A DNA stretch of 37,822 bases from positions 1 through 37,822 of IMG/VR virus record IMGVR_UViG_3300008117_000138, one strand, 5' to 3'. This document shows, one piece after another, positions 30,601 through 35,779 of the stretch. Source of the DNA: a virus (taxonomy: Duplodnaviria > Caudoviricetes). A program made the translations under genes and the position numbers. Each line of letters begins with the position of its first letter. The first letter of the stretch is position 1. The notes below the pieces were generated by a model. It made no database searches, had not been told where the DNA came from, and was given only the letters and a program-made list of their open reading frames with translations.

Positions 30601-32837
30601 AACTTACAAAGGGTCTTGGTACCAGCTTTGAAGAATATGATGCTATCAACGAAAAGATTGATATGCTAGGACTTAGAGTAAAAGATGACGGTAAGTTTGA
30701 AAAGTATCTAGATCCTATATATGGTGGCCCCCCTCCTTTTGACCTGCGTCAAATTATGATGGGCTACGATGATAGTAAGCCTTTCCATACATACATACAA
30801 GGTTATATTAAGATAGCTGATCAGATCAGTGAAATTAGTAAAGGCATGTTCCTGGAAAGAACAGCTGTCTTCAAGCGTATTGAGGAGATCATCAAAGCTA
30901 ACCTAAATGTCAGACCGTCTCTTAGAGAAAGATTTAATACAGAACTTAAGAAGGACCTTATATCTTATCTCTCAATCAAGGCTTACAGAAAATACTTAGC
31001 GGAGAGTGGAAGAACAGGTACTCTTTCTACTATGACAAATGCTCTTATCTATGATGAAGCAGCAGTAGCAAAGGGTGAGAACTTTATGGATATTGTAGAG
31101 ATAATGAGAACCATTAGACAAAAGCTTCCTAATAACTATCTTGCTAATCAATTCTTAAATGTAATCTCTACTAGTGTAGTAGATGCTGAATCTAAAGTAG
31201 CTTTAAACCCCAAGAACAGAGATGGTATTAATAAACTAGAAGCTAATACATGGGCTAAGCTGAGTGAATATCAGGTTGAGAAGCTTCGTGATGCTTTTGT
31301 TGATATCTATCAGTCTGATATGGACTTTGATGGTAAAGGCCGCAATGGTCGTGATATGGCAAATGCACTATTTAATTATCTTGTTGTAAAAGATGGTGCT
31401 CAGTTTAGAAGTGGTTCATTTATTAGGTATATACCTAACTTCATATTTACAGATTTCTTGAACAGTACTGGCAAAGCAAACGATGTGCTCAAGCTTTCAG
31501 TAACTGCAGATAACGTAGAGGAGTTGGATGAAGAATATAAAAAAGTTTTTGGTGTAACATCTCTGGAGTTGTTTAATGAGTTCATGACTAACTATGTAAC
31601 TCACACAGCTAACTCTTACTATGTAAGAAAGATGCTTATAAACAACAAATCTACTTTTGAGCCAACAGGTAACAAAAGCGTTGACAGCTTTGAACCTGCA
31701 TCACTGGTGGAAACAGAAAAAGGAATAAGTATAGATATCTTCCGCGGTACTAGAGATAAGCAGCAAGCTATAGCTGATATGAGTCTTGAAGATCAGGCAG
31801 GTATTACCTTTATGACTGATGAAGATTATATTGAGTATGTAACATCTTTGACTGAAGAGGAAAGAGAAGAACTTAAAGAGTCTAGAACTAAGAGTCGTAA
31901 GTTTAATGATGATGAGAAAGGAAGGTTTAAGAAAAACATGCAGTCACTCAGAGATAAAGGATTTATAAGTAACCCTTCTGGGCAGGTGATGTTTCCTTAT
32001 ATTATCAAAGTGAGTAGTGGTGACATGTTTAAAGCTGATCAGTACTACATTCTTAAGTCTGTAAGAAAGGCTAAAAAGAATATGGACAAGAACTTTGATG
32101 CTAAAAAGCTTATTCAAAAGGGTGAGCTAGTGCCACAAGGTATTGCTGCATTCTATGAGCCAGTACAAAGAACAGGTGCTGCTAAGACATTTAAGGGTGC
32201 GGCCATGTTTGATCCAATCCCGGAGACAGCTAAGCTTCCTAGGTACAGAGGTACTATTAGTAACAGTACTAATTTCAATCCATTTTATCAGACCAAGTCA
32301 GATGATCCTATTAAAGAAGAAAGCTGGATGCTCAATCATGGATTTCCAGTACAGCAAACAGCTGCTGATGCTAAAGTAGCTGCTGCTTCTAAACCCATAG
32401 ATACTGGATCTCGTAGTCCTAAGTCTATACTTTTAGAAGATTATGGTATTACAATGAAGATTGAACCTGGTAAAGGTGTTACCTTTGAAGGAGATGTCAT
32501 TGACATGCTTAAAGAAAATATGTCTGCTAAAGAGTTTGAAAAAATTGTTACTCCTGCAGATTTGCTAAAGACCTTAGGTTACATACCTAGTGCATCTGCT
32601 CCTAATGTGTCAACGTCTTCACAAGCTTCTGCAGAAAGTATTAAACCAGCAACTACGGATGGAAAGCCTGATATTGACGCAATTAAGCGTATGGTTGAAA
32701 GCAATCAGATATTTGGTACTCCAGGTTCACCTACAAGTGAAAAGACACCTCCTGTAGATCCTGAAGAAATAAAACGCAGGATTGAGATGATGTCTCGTGG
32801 ACAAAACCCTCTTAATGATGAGTGTGCGGGTGGCTAA
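18609..32837 (+). CDS. Giant virion-packaged RNA polymerase (crAss-like, two-barrel) fused to an ejection-type N-terminus and a zincin domain
   Basis: 4742 aa. FGVRIPSQ (Arg 28926) and GADFDIDK (DFDID 29043-29057) match the crAss-like vRNAP catalytic loop known from phi14:2 gp66. Further motifs are KRAKG, DAQSY, KSASK, RLQ and SAMTDNAKE. HEAFH at 24462-24476 has a downstream EEYMAD. The N-terminal ~550 aa contain Gly/Ala-rich hydrophobic segments. Confidence 0.92.
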   Translation: MSVPNSVIPEALQGEYFDDPILSIPEQETGVFDVLSAGDYGGASAKSSINSIENKLSEFAGSPTSIETLSAPRFFDYDATQADRYKQSKYFTSIGFDPTIGNENEYRYGARQTWGDVWKNGFSGMFALAGNTYVEGWKGWGHLADAVASQDFSKLTGTEDQLLEQDKATKDILNKYAIFSTPESEEGVFNRKFFGDMLQQSGFAVGTIAQFLSEELITWGLSTEFSLAKLGMRAPGWAGRVVSHADVAEDLVKLGNPVWKSRSFNQGFVQAARQFVPFVDTAYTMSKYGKAGAGALQLASIGVGGVRRFLSEANMAMTEARMEAAGTYGELYNKLYDEELRKTGQAPIGSELEAIKNASMDAAYDNFKVNTGILMVSNRLQFDNLFSRFGAGRSFFGATGEFADDVLKVSGKSAVSETGEKTMKAYAKGKLGTFGLLGEISRDFGKRTAAWEATKSLGRNLFKWETTEGLQELFQEGSNKGLQDYYYDMYHGAKGYDSKAESIMGGIDNPFTNIQGTKTFLMGALTGRLLSPINFAVGKAKYYSGTTRAERADRKTRLDESISLVNAFYEKPGLFLNEHIANVKVQDRAAKNMEEAIKNRDKYEFVNNKDGAFAKMMSAAIKTDMHKAVINTIREYGDAFNDEEFKQAFGLDKTQENISSVKDYFNKVADETEQFHKTWKQLKDKFGDAVMVDLYKEGTPERKIALRAKRALDDAIEILATNNYKATRSAQRAVNLQTEVAAIPGIGSSVATAFRNMGAIQNTEKEIELLENEIKNLESSEKKDKATKDLIKSKKNQLKSLNNWKENHEALKLKNVKQKRKFKKAISAFQSYLVSKNMESGITQDVKVDEVEEIYEKLIDYVELNKDSKDYIDAYNTLANPIKFVQVHKRLLDAMDAAAEKLNQEHIAETIQAITQKKATTPDDQKEEEAPDFTKYMQDAYESMKGAGQTDLSFDEWVNSPAGKTFTQLYNKKYNKNQSLAEEAKVMKETLATIKKDIEGADTLTPEIMEDVFNRLSMALGVSIAEVENAYFAYQDTLKPEEVKQALLDMGVKEGMPAEQVASMMSKYLLPKFIDNLIANNGLAKAKQQQVNPADNLDVIELPSRKVKMTKPKLNKGESLIDDGKDGVFIVRGENGLHQIMDSDRNDPLERSTSVSYVTKAEALAARDEIIAQRTEKDKKDRSFYAFSGKDIRAGLIVTDNKTGKEYVVATKGEPFYANEDKDKKTPLIRLTLLRNRQRTNSSMIVSNLDGFTIKQKVETQESGEVIDSSVFRLVRTNELSRVYPHINRNASESEEAAQKRLDTLLKTTDPKELAAGISIRISENPKNDALKNVAGGKKTNANLVQAKEKYKIQILYKGSPIGYLTNYDNLRFMADNGTIVPMSNLTLEQFRKIFDSQGKDPMAQMQEFKSNYNSSRAVFAALSKFVKPGQEVEITPEQVAQIIKFNVGTGEFDFVEKGVTFDQLPYNTIDGYYYIIDRSKRYGKGFTFKTTEIPITNATGQARKDIEKQIAQVRAVRDTTAQLGRYIAVVKMPNGNIRFIELATDPMSDEQLNDLVNKLNERSAVTKEKNVETGENDKKEKIYVRKKIDYNEEINSEIASTLFISVPQQGIGTYVDFALNDTGNLELTFHKKVGDKDIRRQIYVYGKTLADPAKFASIDDMIKQINAAIENHDKNYAKNESHKIGFTLTRDNFKISIPDTISISQVTGNEIKFRTGVSEDVVKNVPLSVRAITVDPAPSTPPQSTQVTQSQPATKNKELTEQEKQAIRDKIAQQSGAPSGTGISQQQTETKPSSQNPALDQAMLEHDSLKRDKELEVIKRRDEKIGQGLGGGKATIEANNEASALFDKKIKQAKEKINQIKNAGRNTALKITSRPVFDQGSVVNIDEFRKYINRILGDKVSVQEMNILADRLKNGQITVGRFLTYLEALQNGSTSVKGRIEVGANTPFKYHEAFHAVFRLMLSDTQIDKLLAYAKIEVSKKSINVKSEMQKMRELHTIYAEMSDKELEERFYEEYMADRFEEFKNNQAESKTLPGIRGFFQKLWDFIKSLFARGSRNELINLFREIDRGAYRNSKVRDNRFTKQDALSISEPVLKAIKVGEIDVLDENGMYITIPKYLSQQEGDQLASTVASMYHMRVLNSTGSYNKKKVLEDIFADFVELYNPDGSKKEFYLNEMDGLYEQDPELAREYYEKLKQKYEIFVEADNRKTLGEAVDVHLRIMGYQQELEDDEFVTMEDEFGSRVTTDNWKETHSIGGFGSLSKFLRQYIAATTFTVDNDEFGNTQFVNGEPLIQAVNANLVYNGVLKAVANITDQTQFVRRLQQLRDNNTETGKFLNKFFNDVDLTVDPVTGEFTVNNPKQATLFQMVIKGFQQYTVDYIFINKDIRKGKKMSALMLANRMGEAKAQFTQWQNAYVQVFETEILRLKSSEEKRAFAKERTETLQDLLTYLDPGTYISDEDLHIESQRISDQLKQDLGISLSPLFIKFSIASKKKADIRTEAQRKLTESYADIEGTTIESVKQIIKSIQALENPFAKNLDSLKEELIVLPGEEQDEQDAVDDLGEGGNVSRINDLAKGNAIFDETVSSTSYKNAEGELVYAHQLPTFHLVKVNSLNNAETLNTISQDDFVLGNMLLESNEFRHLLGDLKVERIEGMKSSILNETEDGKLIEDKTISSNQNKGITYGSFSDREFIVSLLELYKYNKEVRGEKGTFFTSQHLIRVIEASNTGDTIGLPIVKAVETDTDGKTKLSKEAVITLAKEVAREFARIQKVNLEIKTGIYNDGEIEGYHYAVDSNGNRDAKKKPRGLKFYKMANMLGKQLAEELEANALDPSFDINTKIAKINSRIQEYWGEKINEFVDKLDDLGVVTKSKDEENNETIINNLVDDFIVTGFESKTDENKNIPDEKKNGKLNLIPGNVRHNLGQILMNDYLNTLSFNQLLYGDEAKAFKDDIDQVKRAKGANGSGASLESVILAPELGITEQFTKSHILTFNDPKYKAKFAGGLKDKADAQSYTTVKGMRYTLFGLGQLTARRAEILNKIEKGEKLSPDEIFGDNGLKSIEGMFNSYKLVYFDGPQYIKTSTVMLTKELTSLQVDGRWIARPGYEELHDLRERMERFETENTTVTFAAPKSASKGIKRNIFDSRTGFRHASDDNFVGQSTKYWRLQLVNPSNKIQITDPTQAKQIIIAEQDDSTQVNFMGSNTTVGELKKIYLQDTDQRIKNNYFRARNDIFSIEQGFEELGKSIQQDKITAKLEKFQDRALETLRSSGADSQLLEFFSLDEETGKPKYNLNSTLTLEKYTQLFLAYFSKGVMSEKSPGHSVALMSNFGVKVVKQFTGRFDEEGNPIGEVVQRSVVEKDPKKYMRAKRWNNDLDRQFTDLKEGDFYIDDLRHNVPEYDKNGKIIGRYSEFIMPPHFMEDMNLRPGDRIPDHIAKMFGVRIPSQDKHSFISLRMVDFMPAYYGSTAVFPHELIEISGADFDIDKLYMHIADTYTKGGKRVAYGSAKTAEGKFEEFVKWNSKNNKTFKEELNSRKETDPAYAAVLKKIADLKKLEKDIDKAFENIQESDGSIRQGFAAAIKSSRLVDAVRQKLSGIPELKEFSDEYGLIEDTYFVRDLQEMLKALDEKEERDFVLSMGTQWYNEFNSIAREMQDIETRLIQDTLKSIGLPATFTALASSKTELNNGVLNNRILAQKIALLNNEHITKGGTSAIGFEVASVKALSDLLDSNTSDNLLDLLSTGVDEDGNKIYPKGLAEVLLEGGSDTDSLIGKYKAYKNNKEGSRNIGPAVNAMLVYAIMNNFGIKLRDTYVGSDGKQAKMFKFKLNGHVFSDYGNTRSYNSSTGKYDSNQRIFNTISTLVSAMTDNAKERLAARLGLNIEAVGYVSNMVAQGVPLRSAVLFMLQPVVREYFEQTKIASNNIKTGAESLIFKSNVAKELLQKYQERAGEEYSKEDLTDDILVSNIKDNGSSATYQASVMEDFMGIMNQSRYYSAVAGILKLTKGLGTSFEEYDAINEKIDMLGLRVKDDGKFEKYLDPIYGGPPPFDLRQIMMGYDDSKPFHTYIQGYIKIADQISEISKGMFLERTAVFKRIEEIIKANLNVRPSLRERFNTELKKDLISYLSIKAYRKYLAESGRTGTLSTMTNALIYDEAAVAKGENFMDIVEIMRTIRQKLPNNYLANQFLNVISTSVVDAESKVALNPKNRDGINKLEANTWAKLSEYQVEKLRDAFVDIYQSDMDFDGKGRNGRDMANALFNYLVVKDGAQFRSGSFIRYIPNFIFTDFLNSTGKANDVLKLSVTADNVEELDEEYKKVFGVTSLELFNEFMTNYVTHTANSYYVRKMLINNKSTFEPTGNKSVDSFEPASLVETEKGISIDIFRGTRDKQQAIADMSLEDQAGITFMTDEDYIEYVTSLTEEEREELKESRTKSRKFNDDEKGRFKKNMQSLRDKGFISNPSGQVMFPYIIKVSSGDMFKADQYYILKSVRKAKKNMDKNFDAKKLIQKGELVPQGIAAFYEPVQRTGAAKTFKGAAMFDPIPETAKLPRYRGTISNSTNFNPFYQTKSDDPIKEESWMLNHGFPVQQTAADAKVAAASKPIDTGSRSPKSILLEDYGITMKIEPGKGVTFEGDVIDMLKENMSAKEFEKIVTPADLLKTLGYIPSASAPNVSTSSQASAESIKPATTDGKPDIDAIKRMVESNQIFGTPGSPTSEKTPPVDPEEIKRRIEMMSRGQNPLNDECAGG

Positions 32838-32878
32838 TCTTTAGTAGTACTTCTAATATAAAATAAATCCAGATCCCT

Positions 32879-35779
32879 ATGCCGTGTCAGTTATTTAGAA
32901 CAAATGGTAAAGTTGATAAAGTACTGGCTCCTAATGAGAAGCCTTCTATTCTATATGAAGAAATCTTAAAAACTGTAAAACAGGAAGGTGCTCAGAAGTT
33001 TATTGATAGTATACCTTATTTAAAAGACCGTCTTGAAGATGGTACACTGCTGAACGAATCTGCAGAAGAGATTGCTGTTGGTATATGGAGTATTGCATAC
33101 AGCTCAGAGTATCAGACTTTTTTTACTAATCTGAATAAAACCTTGGGTGTGTTTGCTGATGAGAACGGGGAACCCAAGTTTGCTGTTTTTAAGAATAATG
33201 TATTAAACCAGAACAGTCGTTTTGGTAAAGTAAGTACTGGATATGTGCTAGATCCAGAGAAGGCCGAGTTTTTAAAGAAGGCTGGTAAAAGAGGTAATAA
33301 ACTTCAGCAAGCTATTGTAGAGGCCCTTGTAGAGAAGCCAGAAAATCCTGTAGTATTAGAACCAACCAATCACGTATATATAGACTCAGAAGGTGAAATA
33401 TACACTTCTGTGACTACTGCTATTAAAGGTAAGTTGGAAGATGACGCTTATGCTGCTAATCGTGCAATAGGGACGGCTGTAGATAAACTTCTACAAGGAA
33501 TTATTGCAGGAAAGAACTTCAAGGATTCTGCTTCTGATATAACAGAGATAGAGGAATCTGTCTTGAAAAATATCTATACTGTATTACAAGCTTATATAGA
33601 TGGTATTACTAGAGATGGATCTATTGTAGTTACGCAGGTAGCTTTGGGAGATCCTAGTTCTAAAGTAGCTGGATCACTTGATCTGCTTGTAATTACTCCA
33701 AGCGGTAGACTTCGGGTCATTGATTTGAAGGTATCAAAGAACTCAGTTAAGTCTGAAAACTATGATAAAAAGTATCCTGTAAAGGCTGGTTCTGTTTTTG
33801 TAGGGCAGACACTTTCTACAAGACAACAACATGGTATACAAGTAGGTACTTATAAAAAGCTTATTGAGCTTGCCGGTTTTGAAGTAGAGGACGTATCTAC
33901 TCTTCACTTAAAAGTTGATCTGGACAAATCCAATAAAGTAACAGATATAAACTGGGAAGGAGAAGTAAGACATCCTTTGTCAATTAATAGGGACATGGTG
34001 GATAAAGTAATACCTACTGAGGTAGAACCAAGAGACCGTTCTGCAGAGTTGAAAAAAGAACTTGGGAAAGACAACCCGGCTGATGATCCAGATTTTCTTT
34101 CTGAAGACGAAGCTAAACCTGAGAAGGAAGTATTCGGTGATATGTATGAACGCATGTATCAAGAGGTTAGAAAAGTTATAAACCTGTTTGAGACCAGGAA
34201 AAAGTATTTGGAAAGAATAAGGGAGGGTAAAACTAGTGTAGACAAGAACTTAATGATTGATAAGATTAATGAGTTGATTGTTATGATGGGATCTGAACTT
34301 AAAATGGACAGACCATCAGTAGCTTATGGTGCCTTTCTCAGATTTGCTACTCAAGAAATTAAAGACTACCTGAAACAGATAACTGATCCTAATGCATTAA
34401 ATGATCCTAACTATATAACACTATTACTTGAGGTAGATAAGTATATTGAGTCTTATAGAGGAATTGTAAATATCAAAGGTGCGGGAAGTAGAGAGCAGCA
34501 AGCTATGCTACTACAACTTCTTGATATACTTGATGATACAAAGGAAACTATTGATGATAATATAGAGCTCTATGTAAAAAAGGTTGTAAAAGATAATACG
34601 TCAAGAGACTTGTCTGAGGATGAGCTTAATAGTATTATGAAGGAGGTATACGATATACCTACTGAAGATTACTTTTTGGGGGATATGGCTACTTCTAAAG
34701 ATACATTACTAGCCATAGCAGATAAGATATATAAAGGAGCTGTTAACCGTGCTAAAGATAATACTGAGACTACTATTAGTCGTATTCAACAGTTTGGAAA
34801 CGCTTTGTTGAAAGCTGCAGGTATAAGTAAACCTGATAATAAGTTTTTTGATTTCATGAAGGTTTTTGATAAGGCTGGTAAGTTTACAGGTAGGTATGTT
34901 ACAAAGATTGGCTCTCAGTACTTTGACATGTATTACACGGTCAAGAATAAGATAACCGAGAAGAATGGTGAACGTAAGCAGTATATTCCGATTTTAGACC
35001 CAGCTAGTGCTAGACAAGAAGACTTGGATTATAACATTAAGCTTTTTTATGATAAAGCAAGTTGGAGAGAATTTAATAATGCTGAAATTCTAGGCCCTAA
35101 CGGAGCAGAAGATGGTAAATATCATAAGTATACTGACTCTTATAAAATTATTCGTAACCGTTATCAAGAACTAGTAGCTTATAACAGACCTGATGGAAGT
35201 GTTTTTTATAAGTGGGAAAAGAAGAGTGGTATAACAGATGAACAATATGAGCAATTCAGGTTAAAGTATTTTAATGAAGTAAACTACTGGGGTGCAGAGA
35301 TGGAAGCAGACGGCACTTTTAAAGGTAGGGTTACTTTAAAAACTGGATACTTTGTAAAGAGTGACTTTGTAGAAGTAAGAGATATTGCAGAAGATGGTAC
35401 AGATTTGCGTGATGCTAAGTATGTAAAGTTGATGAATCCAAAAACAGACCTTGAAAAGGCTCAGTCAGAATTTTATAAAGCTTGGGTTGAAGAATACCAA
35501 ACTGCATTAGAAAAACTTCCTCCTGAAGTAGCAGCTCAGATGCGTGGTAAAGTTGGTAGAGTTAGAGGGGCTTTCTTTGATGCATTAAGAAGCAAAGGTC
35601 CAGGCTTTACTAAAGCTGTGGCTAAAGCTATGAAGAATATGTTTACTGCTGACGCCTACACAAACCAAAGACTGGTAGATGAACTTGGACAGATAGACCG
35701 TGGTTTACCTCTTATGTATGTAGGCAAACTTCAGAACGAAGGAAGAGTGGAGTATTTAAAAAATGAGGTGATCTTGTAA
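32879..35779 (+). CDS. Giant virion protein, N-terminal part, with a PD-(D/E)xK (RecB-like) nuclease domain
   Basis: 966 aa. HVY...YTSVTT...GTAVD...AGSLDLL (Asp 33680)...IDLK (33722-33730)...QVGTY (QxxxY 33839-33853). N-terminal APNEKPS..LY....DENGEP motif of phage polyvalent proteins. Confidence 0.8.
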   Translation: MPCQLFRTNGKVDKVLAPNEKPSILYEEILKTVKQEGAQKFIDSIPYLKDRLEDGTLLNESAEEIAVGIWSIAYSSEYQTFFTNLNKTLGVFADENGEPKFAVFKNNVLNQNSRFGKVSTGYVLDPEKAEFLKKAGKRGNKLQQAIVEALVEKPENPVVLEPTNHVYIDSEGEIYTSVTTAIKGKLEDDAYAANRAIGTAVDKLLQGIIAGKNFKDSASDITEIEESVLKNIYTVLQAYIDGITRDGSIVVTQVALGDPSSKVAGSLDLLVITPSGRLRVIDLKVSKNSVKSENYDKKYPVKAGSVFVGQTLSTRQQHGIQVGTYKKLIELAGFEVEDVSTLHLKVDLDKSNKVTDINWEGEVRHPLSINRDMVDKVIPTEVEPRDRSAELKKELGKDNPADDPDFLSEDEAKPEKEVFGDMYERMYQEVRKVINLFETRKKYLERIREGKTSVDKNLMIDKINELIVMMGSELKMDRPSVAYGAFLRFATQEIKDYLKQITDPNALNDPNYITLLLEVDKYIESYRGIVNIKGAGSREQQAMLLQLLDILDDTKETIDDNIELYVKKVVKDNTSRDLSEDELNSIMKEVYDIPTEDYFLGDMATSKDTLLAIADKIYKGAVNRAKDNTETTISRIQQFGNALLKAAGISKPDNKFFDFMKVFDKAGKFTGRYVTKIGSQYFDMYYTVKNKITEKNGERKQYIPILDPASARQEDLDYNIKLFYDKASWREFNNAEILGPNGAEDGKYHKYTDSYKIIRNRYQELVAYNRPDGSVFYKWEKKSGITDEQYEQFRLKYFNEVNYWGAEMEADGTFKGRVTLKTGYFVKSDFVEVRDIAEDGTDLRDAKYVKLMNPKTDLEKAQSEFYKAWVEEYQTALEKLPPEVAAQMRGKVGRVRGAFFDALRSKGPGFTKAVAKAMKNMFTADAYTNQRLVDELGQIDRGLPLMYVGKLQNEGRVEYLKNEVIL

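Noticed and set aside
31310-31340. Second DxDxD-like string (SDMDFDG) in the RNAP
   Set aside because: It lacks the preceding RIP motif and spacing that accompany the GADFDIDK site, and it sits in an apparently variable loop.
18609-32837. Inteins or group I introns in the RNAP gene
   Set aside because: The ORF is uninterrupted, has no internal Cys, and I recognised no intein-terminal or homing-endonuclease motifs.
32843-32856. Imperfect palindrome TAGTAGTACTTCTA after the RNAP stop
   Set aside because: Too short and AT-rich to call a terminator or operator.
33370-33900. Cas4 / CRISPR system
   Set aside because: No Fe-S cysteines, no repeat-spacer array and no other cas genes in the window.
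89-34162. Short ORFs in the track that overlap the large genes (antisense or alternate frame)
   Set aside because: They are shadows of long coding frames with no recognisable motifs or independent signals.
35755-35766. Simple programmed -1 frameshift at T TTA AAA
   Set aside because: The -1 frame reads TTT AAA AAA TGA and stops immediately, so it cannot join the two ORFs by itself.
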